Source of the DNA: Polyangia bacterium
Lineage (GTDB): Bacteria > Myxococcota_A > Polyangia > JAAYKL01
Length of the DNA: 64,000 nt
Assembly (NCBI GenBank): GCA_050287845.1
Contig: JBNKCR010000020.1
Location: 16,252-80,251, forward strand
Direction: 5' to 3'
Positions 28,653-38,662 of this stretch are shown here, piece by piece. Both the position numbers and the translations under genes were made by a program. Position 1 is the stretch's first letter, and every line of letters starts with the position of its first letter. The notes under the pieces are model-generated. The model was not told the DNA's origin and did not search any database. It was given only the letters and a program-made list of their open reading frames with translations.

Positions 28653-29351
28653 TTACAGGGAATCGAGAATACTCTGGATAATTTTGGTAGAAGCAATCGA
28701 GAGCATTCCCAGGGACGATGATGCATCCGCATCCATCAGCAGAATCACATCTTCATTGAGAAGGCATGCCACCGAGGTCCCGTGAGCATGAGACATATAA
28801 ATTTTATGCAAACCGTCGCGGGGATGGTTGTCAAGCAAGGTGATGACGTTACCGATGATATTGTTAAATGCCTCGTCAGTGCCATCCTTGTCCCAATTCA
28901 GGATGGCAGTGCCATCGCGCCTGAAAAGGGCAACGTGTTTGACATAGCTGTATCTGGAGGATGAGTCTTTGACCGATTCAGACAAATCGCCGCCCGCGGG
29001 ACTTCTGGGCTGCATGGGAGCAGAGGACTTCTTTCTTTTTTCCGCAAGCTGCTCCTTCAGCGCCAGTGCCCGGGGAATCAGTTCATCAATGGCAGTATTC
29101 ACGGTTTGCTGGCTTGAAGTGACATCACTGCGAAATTCAAATTCACCTTCCTGGAAAAACAGCAACTCAATAATGGCATCTATACCGGTGCTGTCTCCAC
29201 AGACGGAATGGTAAATCTGCCCTTTGTCGTAATACATCCGGGCTTCTTCTTCCATTCCCGCGATAATCAGTTCCCCCGACTTTTCAGTGGAATGAGGGAA
29301 TTTGAGCAAATCAATAACGCCTATATCAGCCAATGTGCCAGTCAGAGCCAT
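28653..29351 (-). CDS. DUF4388 domain protein with roadblock/LC7-like C-terminus
   Basis: L.G.L.D....DLL......KSG.L.I.......Y...G.I......G..AI..L....EGEFEF; C-terminal ALF..DG and SLG.L. Confidence 0.75.
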   Translation of the reverse strand: MALTGTLADIGVIDLLKFPHSTEKSGELIIAGMEEEARMYYDKGQIYHSVCGDSTGIDAIIELLFFQEGEFEFRSDVTSSQQTVNTAIDELIPRALALKEQLAEKRKKSSAPMQPRSPAGGDLSESVKDSSSRYSYVKHVALFRRDGTAILNWDKDGTDEAFNNIIGNVITLLDNHPRDGLHKIYMSHAHGTSVACLLNEDVILLMDADASSSLGMLSIASTKIIQSILDSL

Positions 29352-29579
29352 GGTGATTCCTTTCTGAACCGTTGCACTCACCCTCGAACGCGGAAGGTCA
29401 TCTCTGAGTGCATATTCTTATACAACACGTTGCCTCAAGTGTTTTTTTATATAATACGCTCAATTATCCGGGTTTCACGGAAAAAATCCAACAATGGAGG
29501 TCGTTCAGGATCAGTGAATTTATCCATGGCTGCACATCGGTCATGATGTACACTGTCCGGAAACGGCGGAGGGGGGGCA

Positions 29580-30914
29580 CTATTTTTCGCCTTCCGGGGC
29601 GGATGCATCGACTGGAGAGTCAATATACGGCATGGCAGGCCGGCGTGTTTTTGCGCGCTGCAGGAGACCGGATGCCCTGGATACCGTCCGAATTACCAGC
29701 TGTTTCAGATAGGGTTCAGCGGTGAATGCGGTACGGTCCACCATCATGTCCAGTACTTTCTGATGTCGGGCGATGCGCTCGGCGGCAGCGGCTTCATTCA
29801 TCTGAATGGCTCTCTGGGCGTACTTCGCACAATGGGTGCATTCTTCGTCACAGATGGCCGTTCTGCAGTCGTGTTTCACGAAATACTCACAGAAGCCATC
29901 CAGCTTTCGATTGTCGATGTGTACCAGCACACCCGCGTCTCCCAGATGACGAATCTCCTTCACCATGTCCATGTGAATGAAATCGGGGCGAACCAGCCAT
30001 TTGGCAGGATTTCCGACCGCTGAATCATCTTCATGCTGCCGCATGAACGGATACCCGATGAGATCAACCAGATTCCCGTCGTAATAGCGGTTGTTGTAGG
30101 CGGTTACCACATTGGTGATCCATTTGGTTGACTTGATTCGATCGGCCAGTTTGAAAACATCAATACCGATATTTTCATACAGATGAATATCCTCAGGCCG
30201 AATAAAGCGACCGCGGATAAATTCCACTGGATTTTCAAGCCGTTTTCGGGCGCATTGAAAACCACAATAGTCCAATGCGAATCCTTTGGTTTTCTGATGG
30301 TTGGCGCTGCCATGCGCATTGAACGCCGCATGAAACGGTGGATACGGGCACTGGTCCATGCACAGATTGTTTGCAAACAGTTCCAGCTCACAGGAAACCG
30401 CTTTGCGAATTTTTTTGAGGAGAGAGAAATCCCTGTTCTGATCCTGCTGAATGATAATGCGATCGGCGCCTTTGTCTTCCCATGATTTTGCCTTTGAAAT
30501 CGAATTGATGATGGCAAAGGTCGAGATGGAAACCGTGACTTTTGGAAAATGCCGTTTTATCAGGTCAAGCAGGTACGGCAGCGCAACCACAAAACCGTCG
30601 ACGCCCATGTCCACCAGAGTCCCGATAAAAGCAAACAGCTGGTCGTTGAACTTTCGGGTGGTTTCCATGTTGGAGAGACAGGGTGCGTTCAGGATATAAT
30701 TGTATTTGAGGTTGTGTTCATGAGCCTGATCAATCAGCTGCCGCAGTTGATTCTGATTGATGTCCGCGAGTAAATATGTGTTTCGGCCGCCTCCCGCCAG
30801 GTCTCCGGCCATTTTTCCGTACACGCTTTCCACTGCGGGTAGATGCGAGATGCCAGGAATCAGATCAGTGTTGTTGTTATGGGCGACGGTCAGTCGCATT
30901 TTTCTTGTACTCAT
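29580..30914 (-). CDS. U32 family protein (Fe-S, peptidase-U32-like)
   Basis: GGGR, YILNAPC, ELFANNLC..CP...H, DYC..QC, FIRPED, FKL.DR; start chosen by GGAG RBS. Confidence 0.8.
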   Translation of the reverse strand: MSTRKMRLTVAHNNNTDLIPGISHLPAVESVYGKMAGDLAGGGRNTYLLADINQNQLRQLIDQAHEHNLKYNYILNAPCLSNMETTRKFNDQLFAFIGTLVDMGVDGFVVALPYLLDLIKRHFPKVTVSISTFAIINSISKAKSWEDKGADRIIIQQDQNRDFSLLKKIRKAVSCELELFANNLCMDQCPYPPFHAAFNAHGSANHQKTKGFALDYCGFQCARKRLENPVEFIRGRFIRPEDIHLYENIGIDVFKLADRIKSTKWITNVVTAYNNRYYDGNLVDLIGYPFMRQHEDDSAVGNPAKWLVRPDFIHMDMVKEIRHLGDAGVLVHIDNRKLDGFCEYFVKHDCRTAICDEECTHCAKYAQRAIQMNEAAAAERIARHQKVLDMMVDRTAFTAEPYLKQLVIRTVSRASGLLQRAKTRRPAMPYIDSPVDASAPEGEK

Positions 30915-31123
30915 GTACATCTCCAGGCGGTGCCCCCAATGGAAACACGTGGGTGAGTAGTTGGAAACAACAGATATAATTCGGTTGTAATAACTATACC
31001 CCGATTGTCTCGTACGAACAAGTGCAGGCGAAATTTTTTTCCGGAAAATATTGAAGTTACAGCATTCCTGAAAGTACGTGGTACTTTGTCCACCATACTT
31101 TGACGGAGTAGTAGCTGCCTTTT

Positions 31124-31140
31124 CCGGCATGCATTCTGCA
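31124..31140 (+). promoter_or_regulatory. Possible sigma-54 promoter upstream of the photolyase gene
   Basis: CCGGCATGCATTCTGCA with GG-N10-GC spacing. Confidence 0.35.
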
Positions 31141-31173
31141 ATCGTGGTTATTTTTTTTATTCAACTCCCAAAT

Positions 31174-31196
31174 ATTTCCAATGAGACATTGGAAAT
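31174..31196. promoter_or_regulatory. 10-bp perfect palindrome, candidate operator or 5' UTR hairpin
   Basis: ATTTCCAATG-AGA-CATTGGAAAT, 18 nt upstream of the photolyase start. Confidence 0.45.
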
Positions 31197-31214
31197 GGCG
31201 AATGGAGAAATCGT

Positions 31215-32567
31215 TTGAAAACACTGTTTATTTTCAGACGCGACCTTCGGCTGGCAGATAACACGGGGCTACTCGAAGCGCTCAACATGTCGGATGTGGT
31301 GCTGCCGTGTTTCATTCTCGACCCCCGGCAGGTAAATTCCCACGCGTACCGAAGTGAGTTTGCATTTCAGTTTATGATTGAGTCATTGATGGATTTGGAT
31401 TCCCAGCTGCGCGAATTGGGAAGTCGGCTGTATGTATTTGAAGGCGTTCCTGCACATGTGGTGGAACGTCTTTTTTCCCTGGGCATATCTGCGGTGCATG
31501 TCAATCGGGATTACACGCCGTATGCGCAGCAGCGGGATGCACACATCAAAGCCGCGTGCGACCATGCCGGAGTGGATTTTGTTGTTTCGCGGGATGCATT
31601 GCTGTTTGAGCCCGAGGATGTTGGCAGGATGTACAGCGTGTATTCTGCCTTCCGGCGGTTCACCCTCGGGTTGCCCCGGCGGTCACCGGTGAAAACACGT
31701 CGGAATAATTTTTATCGGGAAGCATTGAACCACCCGACACCCATGGACCTCACCCGGTTGTACAAGCCGAATCCGGCGCGTTTTGTCAGAGGCGGACGTT
31801 CACAGGGGCTGAAGCTACTGTCGCGGTTGAAGGTCCTTGATGCATATCATGAAACCCGGGATTTTCCGGCCATTGATGGGACGAGTTATCTGTCGGCCCA
31901 TCACCGGTTTGGCACCGTGTCCATTCGGGAGACCACAGCGGTCGCGGATTCGCTGTTTGGAGAAAACAGCGTGTACTATGGCGAATTGCTCTGGCGGGAT
32001 TTTTTTACCCACGTGGCGTATCACCGTCCCGATGTGTTTGGCAATGAATTCAATGCCAGATACAAAGAAATTTCCTGGCGAAAGGAGGGGGCGCTGTTTG
32101 ACCGTTGGTGCAAGGGGGAAACCGGGTTTCCGATAGTGGATGCCGGGATGCGTCAGCTGAATCATACAGGCTACATGCACAATCGGTTGCGGATGGTAGT
32201 GGCCAGTTTTTTAACCAGGGATTTGCGGGTGGACTGGCGTCTGGGAGAACAGTTCTTTGCGTCCAGACTCATTGATTACGACCCCTGTGTGAACAATGGC
32301 AATTGGCAGTGGGCAGCAGGCACCGGATGCGATGCCCAGCCGTATTTTCGGATTTTCAATCCCTGGCGGCAGCAACAGAAGTTCGATTCGCACTGTGAAT
32401 ATATTCAGCGATGGGTTCCGGAGTTGGCCGGCGTTGCTCCGAAAATCATTCATGGTCCTGAAAAAAAAGAGTCTTCAGAGGGGAGTACCTATCCCTCGCC
32501 GATGGTGAATCACAAAGAAGAAGCCGCATTGAGTCTGAAGATGTTCAAACAACTGCGAACGCGGTGA
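31215..32567 (+). CDS. phrB: Deoxyribodipyrimidine photolyase (class I CPD)
   Basis: FRRDLRL.DN, TS.LS.H..FG..S.R, L.WRDF, G.TG.P.VDAGMR.L..TGYMHNR.RM, NNGNWQW, YFRIFNP; TTG start. Confidence 0.93.
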   Translation: MKTLFIFRRDLRLADNTGLLEALNMSDVVLPCFILDPRQVNSHAYRSEFAFQFMIESLMDLDSQLRELGSRLYVFEGVPAHVVERLFSLGISAVHVNRDYTPYAQQRDAHIKAACDHAGVDFVVSRDALLFEPEDVGRMYSVYSAFRRFTLGLPRRSPVKTRRNNFYREALNHPTPMDLTRLYKPNPARFVRGGRSQGLKLLSRLKVLDAYHETRDFPAIDGTSYLSAHHRFGTVSIRETTAVADSLFGENSVYYGELLWRDFFTHVAYHRPDVFGNEFNARYKEISWRKEGALFDRWCKGETGFPIVDAGMRQLNHTGYMHNRLRMVVASFLTRDLRVDWRLGEQFFASRLIDYDPCVNNGNWQWAAGTGCDAQPYFRIFNPWRQQQKFDSHCEYIQRWVPELAGVAPKIIHGPEKKESSEGSTYPSPMVNHKEEAALSLKMFKQLRTR

Positions 32568-32745
32568 TCCCGTACCAGGTACAAGGTCGTGATGGCGTCG
32601 GGGAAGGAAGGCGCGAAAGAGCCCGGGCGGATACGACCATTATGCGTTGAAAAAAATGCCCCCTTCCGGGAGTATGCTATAATGACGAGCCGGGTGATGC
32701 TCGGAATCCACGCTTCCGCTGCAACTTCGAAAGGATATACCAGTG

Positions 32746-34065
32746 ATGCGACGATGGCCTCCTACTCTGATTTGTTTTTTTTCTCTGTTTCTTTCAATAT
32801 TGTCTGCCGCCTGCGATGACAGTGAAACGCCGGGAACCGGGGACACGGATACGGACACCGACACCGACACCGACACGGATACGGACACCGACACCGACAC
32901 GGACACGGACACGGATACCGACACGGACACGGATACGGACACGGATACCGACACGGACACCGATACGGACACGGACACGGATACGGATACGGACACGGAC
33001 ACCGATACGGACACAGACACGGATACGGACACAGATACGGATACAGATACGGATACCAATCCGCCCGGGAACTGTTCCAATGTGGGCAGCGGAACAAATC
33101 CGAACCGGGTGTGTATTCGAGGCAAAGCGTATTATCTCAATGGCATCAACGTGGCCTGGGATCAGTGGGATGCGGATTTGACCAACTACAACGATGCCAG
33201 TTTCGAGGCGATGTTTGCCAGTCTCGAAGCGTCCGGCGGAAATGCGATTCGCTGGTGGTGGTTTATTGATGCGCTGAACCAGCTGACATTTGATGGAACG
33301 GAGGTGCAGCCGCTTTCCCAGGACATTTTTGACAACCTCGATCGGGCATTCGATGCCGCCGCGAATCATGGCGTTCTCATTATGCCCAGCCTCCTGTCAT
33401 TCGATATAAAAAATTCGGATATGACTTTTCTCATCACCGATGACAGTGCAATCAACGCGTTTGTGGACAATGTGGTGACGCCCCTGGTGGAACGGTACAC
33501 GGAGCATCCGGGAATGGGCGTGTGGGAAATCATGAACGAGCCGGACTGGTTGCTCGACAGCGAAACCGGGACAGTTCCCATGGCGAATCTGCAGCGGTTT
33601 CATGCCATGTTTGCAGCGGGCATTCACGCTGCAAACAGCGATGCCCTGGTGACCACGGGGCTGGGAATGTACAAGTATATGACCGATGGCGGAAATAACT
33701 TTTCCGATGAGGCACTCAAAGCAGCTGCCGATGGAGACCCGCTGGCATATTTTGATGTGCACCAGACACATTATTATGGTTGGCAGCATGGGGACGGCTG
33801 GAGTTACGAACCCTGGATAAAAACCAGCACAGAGTGGTTGCCTGAAAACAAACCTGTTATCATCGGCGAATTTCCATGCAAAGGTGAAGATGGCAACTGG
33901 TCGAGTCTGGAAATGCATACCGAATCCGTGGCAAAGGGGTATGCTGGCACGTTCTGTTGGGCGTATTTTGACAATCGCGCGGACTCAGAGGGTGTCTGGG
34001 CAGATGCCAAACCCGGCGTGGAAGCCATTGCCGACATGATTCCCGACGCCATCACCGGCGAGTAG
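32746..34065 (+). CDS. Lipoprotein with Asp-Thr repeat linker and GH5-like (mannanase-type) catalytic domain
   Basis: LSAAC lipobox; GINVAW, WEIMNEP (acid/base), Q.HYY, KPVIIGEF (nucleophile). Confidence 0.85.
   Translation: MRRWPPTLICFFSLFLSILSAACDDSETPGTGDTDTDTDTDTDTDTDTDTDTDTDTDTDTDTDTDTDTDTDTDTDTDTDTDTDTDTDTDTDTDTDTDTDTDTDTNPPGNCSNVGSGTNPNRVCIRGKAYYLNGINVAWDQWDADLTNYNDASFEAMFASLEASGGNAIRWWWFIDALNQLTFDGTEVQPLSQDIFDNLDRAFDAAANHGVLIMPSLLSFDIKNSDMTFLITDDSAINAFVDNVVTPLVERYTEHPGMGVWEIMNEPDWLLDSETGTVPMANLQRFHAMFAAGIHAANSDALVTTGLGMYKYMTDGGNNFSDEALKAAADGDPLAYFDVHQTHYYGWQHGDGWSYEPWIKTSTEWLPENKPVIIGEFPCKGEDGNWSSLEMHTESVAKGYAGTFCWAYFDNRADSEGVWADAKPGVEAIADMIPDAITGE
32842..33057 (+). repeat. Coding hexanucleotide repeat encoding (Asp-Thr)x36
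   Basis: GAY-ACN units with mixed synonymous codons. Confidence 0.95.
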
Positions 34066-34078
34066 AAGTCCCCTTAAT

Positions 34079-36007
34079 CTATTCACTGTCGTCTGTGCGC
34101 CACCAGCTTTCCAGATGGTTGAAGTCCGAAATGATGGGGGCGTCGGGTAGTGAGCGGATGAATGATTTGGCGTAACGCCGGGTGTGGAGACGACTGTCGA
34201 GGATGGCGACAATGCCACGGTCGTGAGCGGTGCGGATGAGTCTGCCGAATCCCTGTTTGAGGGAAATGGCCGCCTGAGGGACCTGGTATTCCATGAACGC
34301 GTTGCGCTGCTGTTCCGTTAAGCGGGCCACCCTGGCGGATACAACGGGATCTGCGGGTGAGGCAAAGGGGAGTTTGTCAATCACCACCAGTCGCAGGTCA
34401 TTGCCTGGAATATCCACCCCCTGCCAGAAGCTGGTGGTGGCCACCAGAACAGATGTGGGATTACTCTGAAACTGTTCGATGAGTGAAAATTTCGGGGCAT
34501 CTCCCTGGCGGAGCACCGGACCGAACCATTCCCGGGAAATGACCTCGAAAATGGTATTCATATTTCTGAATGAAGTGCACAGAATGAACGCACCGCCATC
34601 GGTGAGGGAAATCAGTTGAGCGATTTCCTTGCAGGCGTTGCCGGCGAATCCGTCTTCTCCGGGATCGATGCGGTGGTCGGGAATGTACAGTCTGGCCTGG
34701 TTGCGGTAATTGAATGGGGCATCCAGTAGCAGCTCTTCTGTTTCGAAGTCTATTCCCAATCGGGATTTGAAAAAGCGGAAGTCGCCATCGGTGGAAAGAG
34801 TGGCACTGCAGAAGATGACCGCATCGCGCCTGAAGAGCACCTCGTTGCGAAAGTATTCGGCAATATCAATGGGGGAAGCACCCAGAATCACCGACCGCCG
34901 CCGGGTATCTGCCCAGTACACGAATCGGCGATCGTTGTGTTCCAGAATGTCACCGAGATCGGCTCTGATGGACTGGATGCGAAGGGTACAGTGGTCCACG
35001 GTTTCATCCCGGCCCTCCAGTGATTTAAGGGAGAGTTCAAACGATTCGAGCGCACTGTCCAGCTTGTGGTAGAACTGGCGGTGGGCCGCGTCAATACAGT
35101 CACTGTCGAGATTGTTTCGACCGTCCGGTCCGCGAAAGATGTCGAAGAGATTGGACGCCAGCGACGTGGCGTTTTTCGCCTGTCTTACCCGTTCCGACTC
35201 ATAAATATCGTCGCGAAATTTTGCAGCGTTCACCGCGGCGAGCGCATCGGAAATGGCCCGGTCGGTCCGGAGTGACGATACCCTGGTGCTGAAAAATTCA
35301 GTGGCAATATCTTCAATGAGGTGCGCTTCATCGAAAATGACTGTTTCATGGTTGGGCAGGATGGCGCCTCCCTGCATCCGGGTAGCGAGATCCGCAAAGT
35401 AAAGATGGTGATTGACCACAACCAGATCGGCGGACATGGCCACCCGTCTTGCCCGGGTGACAAAGCATTCATCGAAATACGGGCATCTCGCGCCAATGCG
35501 GGTTTCCCGGGTGGAGTTGACCTCCCGCCATATGGGATCATCATCGGACATATCTGAAAGTTCCATGCGATCCCCGGTGTGTGTGGTGTTGGCCCAACGG
35601 GTGAGCCGGGATACGTCTGCGGATGCGTAGCCCAGGCATCTGGGGGAATGCACAAAATGATGCAGCCGGGTTTTACACAGATAATTTTCCTGGCCTTTGA
35701 GATAGGCCGTGCGCATTTCAATGCCAAGCGCGTCCTTCAAAAATACCAGGTCCCGAAAAAAAATCTGCTCCTGCAGGTTTCTGGTGCCGGTGGAAACGAT
35801 GACCCGGTTGCCATTGAGAATGGCGGGAACCAGGTATGCCAGGGTCTTTCCGGTGCCGGTGCCCGCTTCGCCGAGGAGTACACCTCCCTCATCCATTACC
35901 CGCTCCACCGCCTCTGCCAGTTGGACCTGAGAGATGCGCTTTTCGTAGCGCCCCAGTTTTTGGGCGATGGGACCGTCCTGGTCAAAGGTATTGCGTACGG
36001 TAATCAA
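34079..36007 (-). CDS. dinG: DinG/YoaA family ATP-dependent helicase
   Basis: EAGTGTGKT, NYLC, CP....C, VVNHH, DEAH, FWQGVD.PG, KLPF, QGFGRLIR. Confidence 0.92.
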   Translation of the reverse strand: MITVRNTFDQDGPIAQKLGRYEKRISQVQLAEAVERVMDEGGVLLGEAGTGTGKTLAYLVPAILNGNRVIVSTGTRNLQEQIFFRDLVFLKDALGIEMRTAYLKGQENYLCKTRLHHFVHSPRCLGYASADVSRLTRWANTTHTGDRMELSDMSDDDPIWREVNSTRETRIGARCPYFDECFVTRARRVAMSADLVVVNHHLYFADLATRMQGGAILPNHETVIFDEAHLIEDIATEFFSTRVSSLRTDRAISDALAAVNAAKFRDDIYESERVRQAKNATSLASNLFDIFRGPDGRNNLDSDCIDAAHRQFYHKLDSALESFELSLKSLEGRDETVDHCTLRIQSIRADLGDILEHNDRRFVYWADTRRRSVILGASPIDIAEYFRNEVLFRRDAVIFCSATLSTDGDFRFFKSRLGIDFETEELLLDAPFNYRNQARLYIPDHRIDPGEDGFAGNACKEIAQLISLTDGGAFILCTSFRNMNTIFEVISREWFGPVLRQGDAPKFSLIEQFQSNPTSVLVATTSFWQGVDIPGNDLRLVVIDKLPFASPADPVVSARVARLTEQQRNAFMEYQVPQAAISLKQGFGRLIRTAHDRGIVAILDSRLHTRRYAKSFIRSLPDAPIISDFNHLESWWRTDDSE

Positions 36008-36237
36008 AACAGAAACTTGATGGACAGGAACAGCATGACAAACAGGGTGATGCCAAAGACCAGTGCCACTGCCGGGTCAATTTCGATGGCACGAATGATG
36101 TTTCGGGCTTTTTTAATATTTTCTTCGCTCTGAGAATCGGCGTTCAGGACCTCTCTGGCCGTTTGAACGGCGCTGGGAAAATCTCCTTTTGCATACGCTT
36201 TGCTCGCTTCTCTGATTGGCTTCTCTGAGGCTGTCAT
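36004..36237 (-). CDS. Small membrane protein (helical hairpin plus C-terminal TM)
   Basis: Overlaps the dinG start by 4 nt; hydrophobic C-terminus. Confidence 0.55.
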   Translation of the reverse strand: MTASEKPIREASKAYAKGDFPSAVQTAREVLNADSQSEENIKKARNIIRAIEIDPAVALVFGITLFVMLFLSIKFLF

Positions 36238-36320
36238 GGGCCGGAGTGTATGCAATCGTAATAAAACAGGCAAACAGTAATTGACTCGACAAGCGGCAAA
36301 TGGGCCTTACATTCATTTTC

Positions 36321-37220
36321 ATGAAGATTTTGATTACAGGCGCCACAGGGTTTGTTGGCTCTGCTCTCAGCCGGCATCTGATGTCACTGAATCATGAAGT
36401 GGTGGCACTGGGGCGGCGGGAATCCTTTCCTTATGCAGAGCCTGAGTCAGGTAAGTGTCGGTATATTCGCGCCAATACCATGTTACCGGGAGGGTGGCAG
36501 CACGAAATTGGGAATGCGGACGTGATTGTCAATCTGGCGGGCGAATCCATTCTTCAACGGTGGAGTGCGTACAAGCGGAGCCGCATGTGGAAGAGCCGTG
36601 TGTACACTACCCGAAACCTGCTTACCCATGTGCGTCCGGGACAGGCGCTGGTGAATATTTCGGCCACCGGATATTACGGCGACTGCGGCGCCATGATTCT
36701 TGATGAGGGAATGCCGGCGGGAACCGGATTTCTCAGCGAGTTATGCAAGGTCTGGGAAAACGAGGCGCTGCGGGCGACGGAAAAAGGGGTTCGCGTGGTG
36801 ATTGCGCGTCTGGGTGTGGTGCTCGGAAATGGCGGGGCCCTTGAAAAAATGCTGCCCGTATTCAGGTTGGGCATGGGCGGGCGTCTGGGCAGTGGCCATC
36901 AGTGGATGCCGTGGATTCATATGGACGATGTGACTGCAGCACTGGTGATGATGGTGGAGAATCCGGCCATCTCCGGTATCTTCAATCTGGTGGCGCCCAC
37001 GCCACTGACCAACCGTGTTTTCACCGAGTCCCTCGGCCGGATTGTCAACCGGCCGACCCTGGCGCCGGTTCCCCGGATGGTGCTGAATATTATCTTCGGC
37101 GAGGCATCCCGGGTAATGCTGGACAGCCACCGGGCCCATCCGGTGGCGCTCCTCGAGAAGGGGTTTGTATTTCAATTTGCCAGTATCGACGCGGCCCTGT
37201 CGTCACTTGTCGCCGAGTAG
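36321..37220 (+). CDS. TIGR01777 family NAD-dependent epimerase
   Basis: ITGATGFVG, VNLAGE.I..RW, GYYG, C..WE, G.Q.MPWIH..D. Confidence 0.92.
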   Translation: MKILITGATGFVGSALSRHLMSLNHEVVALGRRESFPYAEPESGKCRYIRANTMLPGGWQHEIGNADVIVNLAGESILQRWSAYKRSRMWKSRVYTTRNLLTHVRPGQALVNISATGYYGDCGAMILDEGMPAGTGFLSELCKVWENEALRATEKGVRVVIARLGVVLGNGGALEKMLPVFRLGMGGRLGSGHQWMPWIHMDDVTAALVMMVENPAISGIFNLVAPTPLTNRVFTESLGRIVNRPTLAPVPRMVLNIIFGEASRVMLDSHRAHPVALLEKGFVFQFASIDAALSSLVAE

Positions 37221-37381
37221 TCCCCGCATATTGCCATAATTATCGAATTTTACAGTTTTGTTTTAAAAGAAATGACGGCGCGGAAATTCCGGATTGTATA
37301 TTGCGCTGTATCGCGGCAACTGCTAGAGTTCACACGCATTTTAATGAATCATGAAGACATTTTGTGGATAGGAGACGATAC

Positions 37382-38008
37382 ATGAAAAGAAATTTGTTTA
37401 ATTTCAGTATTTGGTTGGTTTTTGTCGCTCTTCTCGTGGGATGTGGCGGAAACGATGGGTACAAGAAGCTGGCTGCCGGACCGTTGCCTGATATGGGAAA
37501 TTGGGACGGAGTGTATTATTCCGATGCCTATGGTCGCATGGAGTTGAGTGACAATGGGAACGGCACGATTGTTGGCCTGTATGAAGGCGAACGGTTTCAC
37601 GGAAAAATCGAGGGTACCGCGGAAGGCGATTTGCTCAATTTCAAATGGACTCAATGGAATGAGGATTTGAACGGGAAGTCCCGCGAGACCAAAGGTCAGG
37701 GATATTTCCGCTATGTAATCAAGGAAGAGGGCACAATGGAGAAGTCCCGTCCCACCCATTATATTGAGGGTGAATGGGGATACCTGGATGCCAATTCCGG
37801 AAATACATGGTCCTGTGTGAAGTTCCCGCAGAACACCAAGAAAATTCTCACGATGGATGGAAAGAAGGCCGAAGAAGGCGAATTGAGTAATCCGTTTGGC
37901 GGCGGTTCAGCCCCCGCGACCTCTGATGATGGGGGAATGCCGGAATCCGCCGACGACGGTGGTGCGGCCGATGAGGGGACGATGGATGACGGTGCCGGAC
38001 TTTTCTGA
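37382..38008 (+). CDS. Hypothetical lipoprotein (avidin-like beta fold) with acidic tail
   Basis: AGGAG RBS; LVGC lipobox; W.GVY....G......G.....G.....W pattern. Confidence 0.65.
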   Translation: MKRNLFNFSIWLVFVALLVGCGGNDGYKKLAAGPLPDMGNWDGVYYSDAYGRMELSDNGNGTIVGLYEGERFHGKIEGTAEGDLLNFKWTQWNEDLNGKSRETKGQGYFRYVIKEEGTMEKSRPTHYIEGEWGYLDANSGNTWSCVKFPQNTKKILTMDGKKAEEGELSNPFGGGSAPATSDDGGMPESADDGGAADEGTMDDGAGLF

Positions 38009-38029
38009 AAACAGCTGTCGCGGTTTCTG

Positions 38030-38662
38030 ATGAATTCTTCTCTGCGTGTGATTGGATTGACCGGTGGTATCGCCTCCGGAAAGAGTAGTGTATCCGCGGT
38101 GCTGCGCAATTCGGGGATTCCAGTGATGGATGCCGATAGTCTTGGTCACCTGGTGCTGGCAAAGGATGGTGCCGCATACGCGGATGTGGTTCAAACTTTT
38201 GGAAGCGATATATTGAATTCGGATGATACCATAAACCGACAGCGGCTTGGCCAACTGGTTTTTGACAATACTGAAGAACGTCGGAAGCTGGAAGCGCTGA
38301 CCCATCCGGCCATTGCGGAACTGGCCGGACGTGGCCTGAAGATGATCGCCGAGCGGGGAGAACCGCTGGCGGTCTACGAAGCGGCGTTACTGGTGGAAAC
38401 CGGTATTTACGAAGGCATGGACGGGCTGATAGTGGTTTCGTGCACTCTTGAGAACCAGCTGATTCGACTCTGTGCCAGGGATCAGATGTCCAAAAAGGAT
38501 GCCGCCACCCGAATCGCCTGCCAATTTCCGTTGGAAGAGAAACTGGCGGTGGCGGATTATGTTATCGAGAATAACGGTTCATATGCCGACCTTGAGGCCG
38601 CCGCCGGGCATCTGGCGACTCAGCTTCGCCAGCGATATTATCCGTCGGGAGGCCTTGTGTGA
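38030..38662 (+). CDS. coaE: Dephospho-CoA kinase
   Basis: IGLTGGIASGKS, DAD, R..LG..VF, LE...HP. Confidence 0.95.
   Translation: MNSSLRVIGLTGGIASGKSSVSAVLRNSGIPVMDADSLGHLVLAKDGAAYADVVQTFGSDILNSDDTINRQRLGQLVFDNTEERRKLEALTHPAIAELAGRGLKMIAERGEPLAVYEAALLVETGIYEGMDGLIVVSCTLENQLIRLCARDQMSKKDAATRIACQFPLEEKLAVADYVIENNGSYADLEAAAGHLATQLRQRYYPSGGLV

Noticed and set aside
32640..33369. Antisense and off-frame ORFs rich in VS, CP/YP, RI/RT
   Set aside because: Shadows of the Asp-Thr coding repeat; the same applies at 61640-62471
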